Source: Rebecca billardiae RCC1528 (taxonomy: Eukaryota > Protista > Haptophyta). Taken from it: a stretch of DNA of 64,000 nucleotides. Position 1 is the stretch's first letter. Each line of letters begins with the position of its first letter. The position numbers and the translations under genes are program-made. The stretch lies in contig OZ251224.1 in assembly GCA_965240325.2 (NCBI GenBank), positions 3,906,001 to 3,970,000 on the forward strand, written 5' to 3'. Under the pieces are notes generated by a model, which worked only from the letters and a program-made list of their open reading frames with translations, searched no databases and was not told the DNA's origin. Positions 9,237-21,000 of this stretch are shown here, piece by piece.

Positions 9237-10910
9237 TCATGATGCGCTGATGGCATCTGACGTTGCGGCTGGCGTCGTCGGGCCCGGCCCGCAAGCAGTG
9301 CCTCCACCATTCGCCGTGCACTGCGTGCAGGTCCGCCGGCCTGCGCCCAGTCGTCGCCACTGCGACTTGGAGAAGTACTGCTTAGGCTGGAGCTCGCCGC
9401 AGCTGCGGCACGTGTCCGCCGCTGTCGAGGCAGTGGGCACGGGTGGCGCCGTTTCCCTCGCGCCTGCGGTCACGTCGTCGCGCTGTGCCGATTCCACCGT
9501 GCCAGCCGGGCGCGCACCGCCGTGGGCGCCGTTGCCAGCCGCCGGGATGGCAGCTTGGCTCTCGCCACTGCGAGTGGCCGTGCCGCTGCTCGCCGCCGCC
9601 GCCGCAGGCTGGCCAGCGCGCGTCGCACGCTCGGCCCCGGCCTCGGCGGCATGCTCGTGCGAGGCGCTCGTCGTGCCGCTCTCCGCGTCCACGCTGTCCG
9701 CGCCCGCCGCGTCGCGCACGCGCCTGGGCACCTCGTGCTGGTGCAACACGCCCCAGTACTGCCTGTGCACGCGGCACACCGCGTTGAGCGTGTGCTGGCA
9801 CGCGCGCGCGACCTGCAGCGCGGCGTGCGCGGCGTGCTCGTCGGCGTGGTGCGCCTCCGGCAGCGTGACGGGCGTGTCCGGCTCGATCAGCGCGCGCAGG
9901 ACCGCGGCCACCCCGATCGCCGTCGTGTGCAGCCGGTACCCGCCCTCGAGCGCGCACACCAGCCGCCCGCCTGCCAGCTTCTGCAGCTCGTGCGTCATGT
10001 GCGCGTACGCGGCCGGCGTGAGGCTCATCTCGCCGAGCGGGTCGCCGCGCGACGCGTCGAAGCCCGCCGAGACGAGCACGAGCTGCGGCTCGAACTGCTT
10101 CGCCACGGGCATCACGATCTGCTCGAACGCCGCGCGGTACTCCTCGTTGCCCATGCCGGTGCGCCTCCAGGGGATGTTGAGGCTGAACCCTCGGCCCGCG
10201 TCCACGCCGATCGAGGTGGCGTCGCCCGTGCGCGGGTAGAAGCCCTTGGTGAAGCGGTGCAGCGAGACGTACATGATGCCAGGGTCGTCGGCGAGCAGCG
10301 CCTCCGTGCCGTTGCCGTGGTGCACGTCCCAGTCCACGATCAGCACGCGCCGCATGCCGAGCTGCCGCTGCGCGAAGCGCGCCGCCATCGCGAGGTTGTT
10401 GAGGAAGCAGAAGCCCTGCATACTTGAGTGGCCCGCGTGGTGGCCGGGTGGCCGGACAAGGGCGAACCCTGCGCGCAGCGATCCCGCGCACACGCGCTCG
10501 ACTAGCGCGAGCAGGCCGCCCGCCGCGAGCCGCGCAGAGTTGGCGGTGTGCTCGTTCGAGTCCATGTTGGCCGCGGTGAGCGGCGCATTGGGCAGGTCGA
10601 GCAGCTGCTCCCAGTGGCGCTCGGAATGGACGAGGAGGGCCTCAGATCGCGTGCAGGGCCGCGCAGCCACGCGCTCGCACTCCGCCGGCAGCTTCGCTCC
10701 CTCCAGGTAGCGCATGATTGCGGTGAGTCGGTCGGGGCGCTCGAGGCCGCAGACCGCGTGCTCGAGCATCGCGTCGTCGTACACCAGGCCGCATGCAAAG
10801 CGCGTGCCGCGGCGTGGGGAGGCTGGTGAGTGAGCTACCGATGAGCTCGCATCCGACGACCGCGCGACCGGCGGGTCGTCGCCGCCCTCGTCGCGCAAGG
10901 CGGAGAACAT
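9237..10910 (-). CDS. Class II histone deacetylase with C-terminal Stc1-like C4 zinc finger
   Basis: Likely start MFSALRD at 10910. HDAC motifs ERPDRL, RPPGHHA, GFCFLNN, DWDVHHGNGTE, SAGFDA and LEGGY are present. The C-terminus reads CRSCGELQPKQYFSKSQWRRLGAGRRTCTQC. Confidence 0.92.
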   Translation of the reverse strand: MFSALRDEGGDDPPVARSSDASSSVAHSPASPRRGTRFACGLVYDDAMLEHAVCGLERPDRLTAIMRYLEGAKLPAECERVAARPCTRSEALLVHSERHWEQLLDLPNAPLTAANMDSNEHTANSARLAAGGLLALVERVCAGSLRAGFALVRPPGHHAGHSSMQGFCFLNNLAMAARFAQRQLGMRRVLIVDWDVHHGNGTEALLADDPGIMYVSLHRFTKGFYPRTGDATSIGVDAGRGFSLNIPWRRTGMGNEEYRAAFEQIVMPVAKQFEPQLVLVSAGFDASRGDPLGEMSLTPAAYAHMTHELQKLAGGRLVCALEGGYRLHTTAIGVAAVLRALIEPDTPVTLPEAHHADEHAAHAALQVARACQHTLNAVCRVHRQYWGVLHQHEVPRRVRDAAGADSVDAESGTTSASHEHAAEAGAERATRAGQPAAAAASSGTATRSGESQAAIPAAGNGAHGGARPAGTVESAQRDDVTAGARETAPPVPTASTAADTCRSCGELQPKQYFSKSQWRRLGAGRRTCTQCTANGGGTACGPGPTTPAATSDAISAS

Positions 10911-13900
10911 GCGCCGCCGCGCCGCTCGCGCCCGATTGCCCCGGACCGTGGTCTTGAAGCTGTCTGGTACTCTCCTCCGGACTGCGCCGCCATCGTGACT
11001 CGGCGGGCACAGCCCGTCTGGGGTTAACCTCACAGGCCGCGGTGGAGCACCGGACTGGGCGTGGACGCCCACCTTGTGATCGACCCGTCGCCGCGGGAGT
11101 GAGCGGTGCGCGTGGAGCCGGCGCGCTCGGGCCTGCGCGGCATGCCGAACGGCCGGTCCAGGAAGCGCGACTTGCCCACACCACCACGTAAGTGCTCCAC
11201 CGCACTCGCCCTGCCCGCACGCGAGGCACGCGTGCACGATTGCCGTGTTTGCGGGCGCGTGCACGTCAGGGGCTGCGTGCGCCCGAATGGCATGGAATGG
11301 CATGCCCGGAGGGGCGTAGTCCGATGGTACTTGCGGCATACCATCGGCCAAACGTAGGCTGCGCTTGGCCGGCCTTGGCCATGGTGTGCTCATGCGTGAG
11401 CACTGCAAGCCCTATCTCACACTGTCCCTATGTGCCCTGCTCGCACGCGCGCAGCCCCTGTCGGCGGTGTGTGAAGCACGGTGCCCGCGGAGATCTCTCC
11501 CGGGGCTCCCTCTGACGTGCTCTTGCCAGTGGCCCAGCGTGTCAGGCGCGTGGAATGGCAGCTGCGGTTGCGCGCGCAGTCGCACGACCTCATGCGGCTG
11601 CTGAGGTGAGCGAGCTTAGCGCTGCTGCGGCTGATGGCCTGCATGGGCGTGCGTTGTTCTGCTGGCGGCACGCGATCGATGCCGGAGCGTCGATGCGGCA
11701 GCCCACGATAAGCTCCAGCCGAGACTTGAAAAGGTTGGCATCGACTGGCAGACGCTCTGGAGGGTGCCGTGCCGTGGCGGGCGTACTCCACGCCTAGGAG
11801 TGGTCGCGCACAGCTTCTGCGCGACGATGAGCTGAGGCTGCCGCCGGCGAGTCCGCCGCCGCCATTGCGGCTGCTTGGCTTTCCAGCCGTGATGTCTGTG
11901 CCAGGCGGGTAGGCAGGTCTCCAGTCTGCATCGCCTCAAGCAGACGTCTCACTATCTAACGCCTCAGCTGCTCGTCTGGCGGCGCCGCCGCCCGACTGTG
12001 GCAGTGTGCGGGCCACCGCGGCGTTACCAGTGCGCGCCTGCCGCAGCCAGTGCTGAGTGCCCTGGCCCGGGCCCCGGGGTCGGGTCGCGAAGGCGGTCTC
12101 GTAGGAGACGATATAGCGCCCGGCGTTGAAGGAGAGTTGTGTGCGCGCCATGTAGTAGTAGCGCTGCCAGACGACTGTGTAGGACCGGCGCGCGAATCAT
12201 CCGATCTGAATCTTATCACCGGCTGGCGGCGGCAGCGGATAGTAACATAGTTTATATTAGTCAGTTACCGTCAGTCTCAATGATGTTACACGATCCGAAG
12301 CGGGCGCGGCGTCGGTCACCGATCAGCCTCACTAAGCAGTCTCTGCTTACTCACTGTAGTCCAGTCACTATAGTCCGAGTGTCCGCCGCGATCTGGCACT
12401 ACGAGCCACGACCGTCTGACAGAGAGTCAGAGTGGTAGTACACGGCCCCAAGGGCGGGTCGGCTCAGTAGTAGCTAAGGCACGGTGATATAGGCTTAGCA
12501 GCGGTCGCAGCCACGAAGGCTATCAGCGTTGGCAGCATCAGCACCAGATCATCCGCGCAGGCCTGGCCAGCATCACTCACATCAGCTGTCAGCAACTGCG
12601 CACCACTGCTATACGGAATACGGTGGCGCTTCGCGCGGCCCGCACAGACGTGAGACGGCCCCGAGTCGCAGGGCGGCAGGCTGACGCGCGCGCCGCGTCG
12701 CCTACCGCGTACTCGTAGGCATTGTACTGATGTGCACTGGCCTCCACGTCGCCGCCACACTCAATCTCATAGTAGGACCGTCGTCGGCCTGTTACCGCTC
12801 ACCGCAGTCATCCACTGCTTGAGACCGGTGCCAGCCTGGCGTGTCGCCCGGCGCGCGGCCCCGGAGGCCAGTACGGCCAGCCTTGCCGACCTGGCACGGT
12901 GATGACGACTCGTTGTATAGCCGGGCAGCACGGCTCAGCACTCGACGCAAGCACGCTGAAGTCCGTGGCCGAAGTCGACCTAGGCTGGTCGTGAGTAGTG
13001 GCGTCTCGCGAGTGATGAGAGACGACGAATGCGTCAAGCTTCCGAGACTGACGACCCGTTCGACGAGGGGCGAGCCAGCTAGCGGTGCTAAGCTTGCCCA
13101 CGGCCATGGTGCCACCGCGCGAGAGAGCATGCTGCTGCTGATGGAGGGCTCGTTATCTGAGGCACCGTGTGATGAATGAAACATCACCGCACAGGCCACG
13201 ACCACAGTCGGCTGCGGGCAAGTTCCAGCTGACAGCCACGAGGGGATTGGCTGTCGTGAAGCTGGTGGTTGGCACCGGGCGAAGACCAGTAACGTGCCTA
13301 CTGCAGTCTTCTGGCTCCATCGCAGGGACTCGGGCAGAGCAGGTGTCCAGAGTTTGAGCAACACCGCCGGGGCAGCCGCCGATCATGTTGCAGTGGGTGG
13401 AGCACAACTGAGGGGTTGCGAGCGCGCGTGGCGCGTGAGGGCGAATGCACACGAGGGAAATATCCGCTAAGTGAGCTCCGACTGGCCAACCGTATCTACC
13501 AGCCACTCGAAACACGCCGCGCGCCCGAAACCCCCGTGGTCCAGCCACCCGGTGCCCTTTCGGGGCAGGCACAGCCCAAACGGTTCATGTGCGTGCAGAA
13601 CGGGCGTGGCGAGTGCACAACCAGCCGCGAGCGCTCACCTGCTCGCACTCCCTCCTCCGTATGGTCTTACCGAGTGCTCCGCTCAGCGACGCCCTCGAAC
13701 GGGGTCACACGGCTCCGCCGCGCGACCAGCCCAGAGGCGCACGCGACACGAGGGGAGGGCCTCGCCGGCTCTCCATCAGCCGCGGCTCCCGAAGTGCCCT
13801 CCCCTCCGCTCCCGGACTCTGTGAGGTCCAGCCCAGCCGCACTCGCGTGATGAAGCGAGTGCGATGGCGGAGAGTACCAGCCAGGTCTTGAAGGTCGGTC

Positions 13901-14127
13901 CGGGAAAATCGGCACAAGGGTTTGCCACATCACTCGCGGGCACGATGACGACGGCGGCCATCACTCGCGGGCTCGTGTTGGCCAGCGTTGCGATGGCGTG
14001 CAAGACGCATGCAGCCGCGCACATCCCGAACTCGCTCCGTCCCGCGTCCGTGATGCGAGGGCCTGCGATTAGCCGCGCGCGCGCGCGCGTCGAGATGGGC
14101 CCACCCCTGCCATCAGAGCCGGTCGGC

Positions 14128-14682
14128 ATGGCGCGTGGAGACGGCGGGCCCGTGGTGGAAGTGTTCCTCGACCTGGCCTGCCCGTTCTCAGTGAAAAGCT
14201 ACAAAACTATCCGCACACTGCCGCCGTCGGCCGCCACCGTGATCATCCACCAGGTGCCACAGCCGTGGCACCCGCACTCAACGCTGCTTCACGAGGCTGC
14301 GCTGGCCGTGCGGCAGCTCGCGCCTGAGCGCTGTTTCGACTTTTTCGGCGCTCTGTGCGATGCGTTTGACCAGTACACGGAGGATAAGCTCGTTGACGAG
14401 ACGCGCGCGCAGACGATGCTTCGGCTGTGCGCCCTGGCCGAGGAGAAGGTCGGTGTGTCGGCCAAGGCGGTGGAGGAGCTGCTCGAGCACCCGCGCGCTT
14501 CCACGGGCGGGAATGCTGGGTGCAAGATGACGCAGTGGGTGAAGTGGTGCGTCAAGCACCACCGCGCGCGTGGCGTGCACGTCACGCCGACGGTGTTCGT
14601 GCATGGCATCCAGGCACCACAAATCGACTCCTCCTTGAGCGCTGAAGGCTGGCTCGAGATTCTCCAGGGCCTGCGGCGTTGA
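14128..14682 (+). CDS. DsbA/thioredoxin-fold protein with a CxxS site (start uncertain; ORF open from 13864)
   Basis: VEVFLDLACPFS, HQVPQPWHPHSTLLHEAALAV and the cis-Pro motif GVHVTPTVFVHG. Confidence 0.8.
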   Translation: MARGDGGPVVEVFLDLACPFSVKSYKTIRTLPPSAATVIIHQVPQPWHPHSTLLHEAALAVRQLAPERCFDFFGALCDAFDQYTEDKLVDETRAQTMLRLCALAEEKVGVSAKAVEELLEHPRASTGGNAGCKMTQWVKWCVKHHRARGVHVTPTVFVHGIQAPQIDSSLSAEGWLEILQGLRR

Positions 14683-14966
14683 CGGTAGTGAGTACCGGAC
14701 TTACAACGTGGCCGGCGCCAATTGCTCCAATCAGACAATCAGTGATGACACTACGACGGACACGGAGCGGCCAGTGCGGGGCACCGTTGCAAGTATATAA
14801 TAGCAGCACGGGGCAAAGCCGGCTTCAACAGCACGGAGCTAACGGTGTCACGACCGTTCCGGTCGCAGTGACGACGTGACGCCCGCAGTGAGGCCGTGCA
14901 TGTATTACCGCACGCAGCAGAGCGGGTGGCCCAGCCCCCCAAGCCCTGAGCCGGCTGTTTTGCCTG

Positions 14967-16043
14967 TCACGGCGCAGTCTCGATACGCGCGAGCTCTGCT
15001 TGGAGCTCCTGCTCCCACGAGTCCACGTCGTCTGCCGCTTCTGCGCCCGCGCTCGGACTGATGCTGGCAGCGCCGACGTCGGCGGCCGCACTCCCCCTCG
15101 TCCCAGCCCTCACGCTGCCCGCGCCGCCCGCATGTGGCGCGCTGCTGCCCGCGTCTCGCTCGGCCGGCCTGGCCGGCTCCGCTTCCGGGCGCGTCACGGC
15201 GGCCGCGGCCGTGCCCTCCTCGACGGTTGCCACCGGCCGCGTGAGCGAGTCCGCGCACTCGGAGAGCTGCGATCGGTACGCCCCGTCGAGGAGCTCATTC
15301 GAGATCATCTCGAACTGCTCCGACTCTGCCGAGGGCGCGACAATGGACACGACTGAGCCGCCGACCGAGTCCGCAGAGGGCGTGGCTGAGCGCTGCTCGC
15401 GCGCGGCGAGCGCGGCGTGCTCGGCGCCCGCAGGCGCGTGCATCACCGGCGATGCCGCCTCCGGGGGCCCAGCCACGTCCCCGGCGATCACCGCGAGCTG
15501 GTAAAAATAGTTTCTGAAGAATTGCTCCTCTGTTACCCTGCGCGCGCACCCAGCGCACGCGCGCGCGCATACAGCATGCGTCAGGGGGCGCGGCGGCGCG
15601 GTGGATGTGCGGCACCGCGGGATCGCGCCGGCACCACACCGCTTGGGCACGAGCAAGAAGCGCCAGCGCTCGATCTGCTGGTCCTGCTTGAGCAAGCGCA
15701 GCACGATGGGCATTGACGCCTTGAGGTCAAACGAGAAGTCGGTGTCCTCGGGTGGGAGTGTGAGGAAGGCCATGTGGTCCATCGAGAGCTGCTTCATGCG
15801 GGCGATGCGCTCCTCGGGCACGCCTGCACGCTCCCACGGCAGCGCGTCCGCGGCCTCGTCCGCAGCCTCCGCGCTCACTGCCGCGCCCGTCTCGTCTGCG
15901 AGCGGATTCAGCATGTCCACGACCTTCTTGAGGTTTTCCCTCGCATCCGCGTCGCAGAAGCGGGCCTGCTCGGCAAGAAACTCTTCGCGCTGCGTCTGGA
16001 TCTCCTCCTGCAGCTTGGTGAACGTGCTCTGCAGCCACTCCAT
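14967..16043 (-). CDS. BSD domain protein; intron 15538-15639
   Basis: After splicing, LLKQDQQIERWRFLLVPKRVTEEQFFRNYFYQL is the BSD signature. The C-terminus WEQELQAEL resembles BSDC1/SAP47-type tails. Confidence 0.88.
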   Translation of the reverse strand: MEWLQSTFTKLQEEIQTQREEFLAEQARFCDADARENLKKVVDMLNPLADETGAAVSAEAADEAADALPWERAGVPEERIARMKQLSMDHMAFLTLPPEDTDFSFDLKASMPIVLRLLKQDQQIERWRFLLVPKRCGAGAIPRCRTSTAPPRPLTHAVCARACAGCARRVTEEQFFRNYFYQLAVIAGDVAGPPEAASPVMHAPAGAEHAALAAREQRSATPSADSVGGSVVSIVAPSAESEQFEMISNELLDGAYRSQLSECADSLTRPVATVEEGTAAAAVTRPEAEPARPAERDAGSSAPHAGGAGSVRAGTRGSAAADVGAASISPSAGAEAADDVDSWEQELQAELARIETAP

Positions 16044-16136
16044 CGCTGCCGGTGCGCGCGCTTCCTAACAACACGCTCCCCGCCGTCCGCGCCCTGTTGT
16101 TCCACACGGACAGGGCTGCCGTCCAGCCGTGGCACA

Positions 16137-17201
16137 ATGGCTGCCGTCCATCCATGGGGGCTGGTCGTAGTGGCGCATGTGGCCAGCACATTTGGCCAGC
16201 GCTGGTCCCGTGGGGTCGTGCTCGTGCTCCTCCTCATGGGCTGTGGTGAGCGCACGCTGCTGCTCACCCACCTCGCCCTCTTCGTCGCATGCATGCTGCC
16301 ATCGGACCTGGCGGACGAGCTGCAACACGCGCCCGGTCGTCCGTGCGCGTGGCTGGCTGTCGCGCGCGCCCTGGGACGATGGATTGAGTACTTTGGCGCT
16401 CTCGCCGTCCTCGCGCTGCTCTGCCCGCTGGTTTTGCGCCTACTGTGCGCCAGTCGCTGGCGCATGCTCGCTGGCAGCGCTCTGAGCTTCGCTCTCTTCG
16501 ACCAGCCCGCCATCCGGCACGACATCGTCGCCCAGATGCTACGCTGGCGCGGGCGACGGCGTGCGCTCCCGAGGGGCTGTCTCGTTGGCATCCTGCTGGC
16601 GCATATGTCCGAGTCTCTTCGCCGCAGACGCGAGCGGCTTCGCGCGCATGGCGTGAGCGCCGCGCGCGCGGCAGCCCCGTTCGTGCTGGCGGGACTTGCA
16701 CTGGTTGCCCTCGCCGCGGCGCTCAACATGCCTGTTGATGCGCTCTCGCAGGCAGCCAAGGGGGCGGAGGACGCGCCCGGCCTCGGTGCGAGGCTCGGCC
16801 GCGCCGTTTGGAGCGCGCTGCGGCGGTGCGCAAGTGCGGCTGCCTTCTGCGCGGCCATCTGCTGGCCGGTGGTGGTGAGCGCGCTCGCCATGGCGATGCT
16901 GCCACTGCGGCTGGAGAGGCGGACGCTGCGCGACGAGGAGCGATCGCCGGAGCCTGAGCGGCTGGCGGCGCTCGAGAGCCTGGAGCGCTTCACGGTCCCC
17001 TGGGCGGCGGTCACTGCCGACGCAGACCCCGTCGGTGCTCATCTCGCGGGCCGCCATCAGTGCGCTGTCTGCCTCGAGGCGCTCGCGCCGTGCGAGGCCG
17101 CGACGCGGCTGCCGTGCGGGCATGCGTTCCACACCGGGTGCATCACGCCGTGGCTGACGGTATGGGCCGTGACATGCCCAACGTGTCGTGCCGGCATTTG
17201 A
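16137..17201 (+). CDS. Multi-TM RING-H2 E3 ubiquitin ligase
   Basis: Several hydrophobic segments, and a C-terminal C3H2C3 ring: CAVCLEAL...LPCGHAFHTGCITPWL...TCPTC. Confidence 0.85.
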   Translation: MAAVHPWGLVVVAHVASTFGQRWSRGVVLVLLLMGCGERTLLLTHLALFVACMLPSDLADELQHAPGRPCAWLAVARALGRWIEYFGALAVLALLCPLVLRLLCASRWRMLAGSALSFALFDQPAIRHDIVAQMLRWRGRRRALPRGCLVGILLAHMSESLRRRRERLRAHGVSAARAAAPFVLAGLALVALAAALNMPVDALSQAAKGAEDAPGLGARLGRAVWSALRRCASAAAFCAAICWPVVVSALAMAMLPLRLERRTLRDEERSPEPERLAALESLERFTVPWAAVTADADPVGAHLAGRHQCAVCLEALAPCEAATRLPCGHAFHTGCITPWLTVWAVTCPTCRAGI

Positions 17202-18040
17202 GTTTGATGCCTGCACGCAGCGCGCTCCGCACGGCAGAGGTCGGGACGACCCGCAGCATGAGCCCGGCATCATGCACGCGCCATTCATTTGGACGCCGCG
17301 CGCTGCTGCACAACTTGACAGCCACAACTGAATTCCGCTGAGCCGCAGGCTGCGAGTGTGGGCTTCTTTGAAACTCGGGCAGCGAATCGGCCGTGCCACT
17401 CAGTACTCGCTCCCATGACTGCTCATCTGCTGCCTGCTCAGGCCCGGAGTCACTCCGCACCGTAGTAGTTGACGCGGGCTGACCGTCGGTGCCAGAGTCC
17501 GTCCGCATGAACTCACTGTGAGGCCGGACCGCCCGGTATTCGGTAACTACACTTTCCACAGCAATCCGCGGATCTGAGACCGTGTCTTGGACTTGAGTCT
17601 TCCGGGGCGGCCGAGCGCGGTGCGGGTGAGTCAGGGTGGCCGATCCGGCCCGCACGGCCGCACTTCGCACTTTCGCCGGACTCCGATCAGACGCGGACCG
17701 ATGACTCGATGTCGTCATGTGACATGTCGATCCGGGCGATACTATAGAGGTCGAGGACGTCGCGAGTCGTCGTCGAATATCCTTCCGAATCGGCCAACGG
17801 TGGGCGGTGCCATTTCCCCGAACACGGTTGGCTGTACTTGTAGTTGTGAAGCTATGATTGGCTGCCGCACGTGTGCAGCAAGTGGCGGTCTTTTTCCTTA
17901 CAGCAGTATTTGACGGCCGTGGTGCGCGCGCCGAGGTTCGACGAATCCCGAACTCCCCTCGGCCGCGCTGCGAGCTCGGCCGCGACGCTCGTTCGGGACC
18001 ACCCACGGCCGGCTCAAGCCGCCGACGCACGACAGGCATC

Positions 18041-21000
18041 ATGGCGACTGAGGAGCCGGAGAGCGGGCTGCCACGGCGGGTGTGCGACTACATCGCGGAC
18101 TCGCTCGTGCAGCAGGGCGTGCGCTGCGTGTACGGCGGGCACGGCGGCTCGGTCATCCCGCTCATCAACGCGATCACGAACCACAAGGACCTGAAATGGG
18201 TGTACACACGCAACGAGGGGGCCGCGTCGCTTGCGGCGGCGGCGGAGGCGAAGCTGACGGGCAGGCTGGCGGTCTGCGTCGCCACATCGGGCCCCGGCGC
18301 CTCGAACCTCACCACCGGCCTCATCGACGCGCTGCAGGACCGCGTGCCCGTGCTCGCGCTCACCGGGATGAAGACGACGCAGGCGATCGACCTCTCCGAG
18401 TTCCAGGCGATCCACCAGGAGCAGCTGTTCCGCGCGGCGGGGCTCGCGGTGTCGCAGGTGATCGTCTCCGAGTCGGCGGTGCCGGCGATGCTGCGCAACG
18501 CCATCGCCGTCGCCATGCGCGAGCAGACGGCTGTGCACCTCGCGCTGCCTGTCGACATCCAGGCGCGTCCGCTCGTGCTGCCGCCGATGCACCGCGAGCT
18601 GCGGCTGGTGTCGCAGATGGAGTACGCGGCGAGCGAGTCGCGGATCCGGCAGGCGGCGGAGGCGATCGCCGACCCCACCCTCCGCATCGTCGTCGCGCTC
18701 GGCCACCACGCCGCCATCGGCATCACCTCCGACCACGCGGGCTCGCAGCACAACCCGTTCGTGCGGCTCGCGGAGACGCTCAACGCGCCGATGATCACGC
18801 AGCTCGACGCGAAGGGCGTGGTGGACGAGTCGCACGCGCTGGCGTACGGCGTGATCGGCATTTTCGGCCAGCCCGGCCTCGACTCGGCGCGTGCCCTCGT
18901 CCGCGCCGCCGACGTGATCCTGCTCTTTGGTGTGAACCGGCAGGCGGTCGACCTGATCAGCGACGCGAATTTCAACCAGGTGCGGCGCGTCGTCGAGTTT
19001 GAGCCGGACGCGGGCTCGGCGGCGTACCACCGGTGGTACGACTGCGAGGCGGTGGTACTCGGCGACCTGATGGCGAACGCGCGCCGGCTCGAGGCCGCCG
19101 TCGCCAACCTGCGCGACACGCCCGCCGCGCGCTCCGCCGCGAGCCTGCTCGGCGACGTGCGACCAATCAACGAGGACGGCACGCACTGGTCGTGGCTGCT
19201 GACGGGCGGCTGGCGGCAGGACGTGATGCTCGACGACGACGCGGAGAATCACCGGCCCGCGCGCTTCCGCGTCGAGCACGAGAAGCGCGAGGGCTTCTGC
19301 CACCCCGCCGAGCTGCTCACCGCGCTCGCGCCACAGCTCGAGCCGTGCGACGTGCTCGCGATCGACGTGGGCGACGTGACTCTCTGGTCGTCGCTCTGCC
19401 TGTGCCTCTCGGGCGGGCAGCGGGTGCTCTCGTCGCAGTGCATGGGCACGATGGGCTACTCGCTGCCCGCGGCGATCGCCGCCTCGCTCGCGCGGCCCGA
19501 GCGGCGCGTCGTCGCCATCGCCGGCGACGGCGGCGCGCAGAGTGCGCGCGCGCGCGCCGCCCGCAGCTGCCGCGTCCGCCGCGACGCGCGCGCGCGCGGG
19601 CGCCCGGCTGATGACACGCGCGCGCGCTCGCCCGCGCCGCGCCGCCCTCGCCCGCCCCATAGTGACGATCGGCGAGCTCGCCACGGCCAAGCAGCACGGC
19701 TGCACCATCACGTACATCATCTTCAACAACAACCTGCTCGGACGCGTCCACTTTGGCTTCGAGGGCGTCTCGGGAGACGTGATCGACTCGCCGGACTTCG
19801 TGGCGCTCGGCCGCGCCTACGGCTTCGACGGGATGCACGTGCGCTCGGCCGACGACGTGCCCGCGGCGCTCAAGGCGGCGGCGAACCACACGCGCGGCGT
19901 GTACATCATCGAGGTGCGCACCGACCCCGAGCTGAAGGCGGAGTACGCTCGGATGCGCGACACGGGCGCCTTCCTCGTGCAGCTGCGCACGCAGCTCGGC
20001 GACGTGCTGCCCTCGGACCTGCGGCCGTCGGACATCCGCAAGCTGATCGCGTTCGACGTCGACGGCGACGGCATCCTCTCGGCGGAGGAGCTCCACGCCG
20101 CGCGCAAGGTGCTGCAGAACCTGCGCGCGACCGTCGACCCGCCCACGTTCCTCAAGGTGCTGCGCACAGGACAGCTCTTCAAGAACCCCGTGCTCACGTG
20201 CGTCAAGCAGCTGCTGCAGCCGCTCGACCCGTCGCCGTTCGTGTTCAGCGCGGGCGGCGGCTCGGGCTCGCAGCTCCACGTCGTCGGCTCCGTCGAGATG
20301 GTGCTCGAGTCGTACGTGCCCGACCACCTGCGCACGGCCAAGTGGGCGGCGGGCGCGTACAAGGCGGGCTTCGAGACGGGCGCGGTCGACGCGATCGAGG
20401 GCCTCGGCGAGATGTGCATCTGCGACGGCACGGCGTACATCCGCGAGACGCAGGAGGGGCGGCCCGATTTCTACGAGACGCGCGTGGCCGAGTCGTTCCT
20501 CACCACCGCCGCGATCCTGCTGCCCAAGGAGGCGGTGCCGGACTGGAACGTGCTGATGGAGGCGCGCCTCACGCCCAAGGGCGTGCCGTTCGTGCGCACA
20601 ATTAACGACCTGTACGCCAAGGTGCAGGCGCCCTTCGTCTTCTGCGGCGAGGTGGAGTGGCACAAGTGCGACGTCACCTCGCTCAGCCGCGCGCCCGTCG
20701 ACGGGCTCAGCATCCCCGCGCACATCCACCAGTACTACTGGTGCGCGCGCGAGGCGGCATCGAGCGCCGCCGGCCGTGCGCGCGCCTGCGCGCGCGCGCC
20801 ATCGTCGTCGTTGCCGCCGCTCCCGCGCCCGCGCCCTCGCGCTCACGCCTCGCCGCGCGCCGCTGCGTCCCCGCGCGCGGCCACCACGCCGTGCCCGCGG
20901 CGTGCACGCAGGGAGCCGGGCGCCGTGCTGCACAACGTGCGCACCTTTGTGTGCGGCACGGCCGCGCGCGACGAGAGCCCGCGCTCCGAGATGGGCGAGC

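Noticed and set aside
10911-13860. Many short ORFs upstream of the HDAC, and its 166-aa N-terminal extension
   Set aside because: No recognisable motifs and weak codon bias. The region looks like spacer or decayed sequence, though a cryptic gene cannot be excluded.
19542-19662. Apparent frameshift or two separate genes in the ThDP enzyme locus
   Set aside because: A 121-nt GT-AG intron explains it and restores the GDGGAQM motif.
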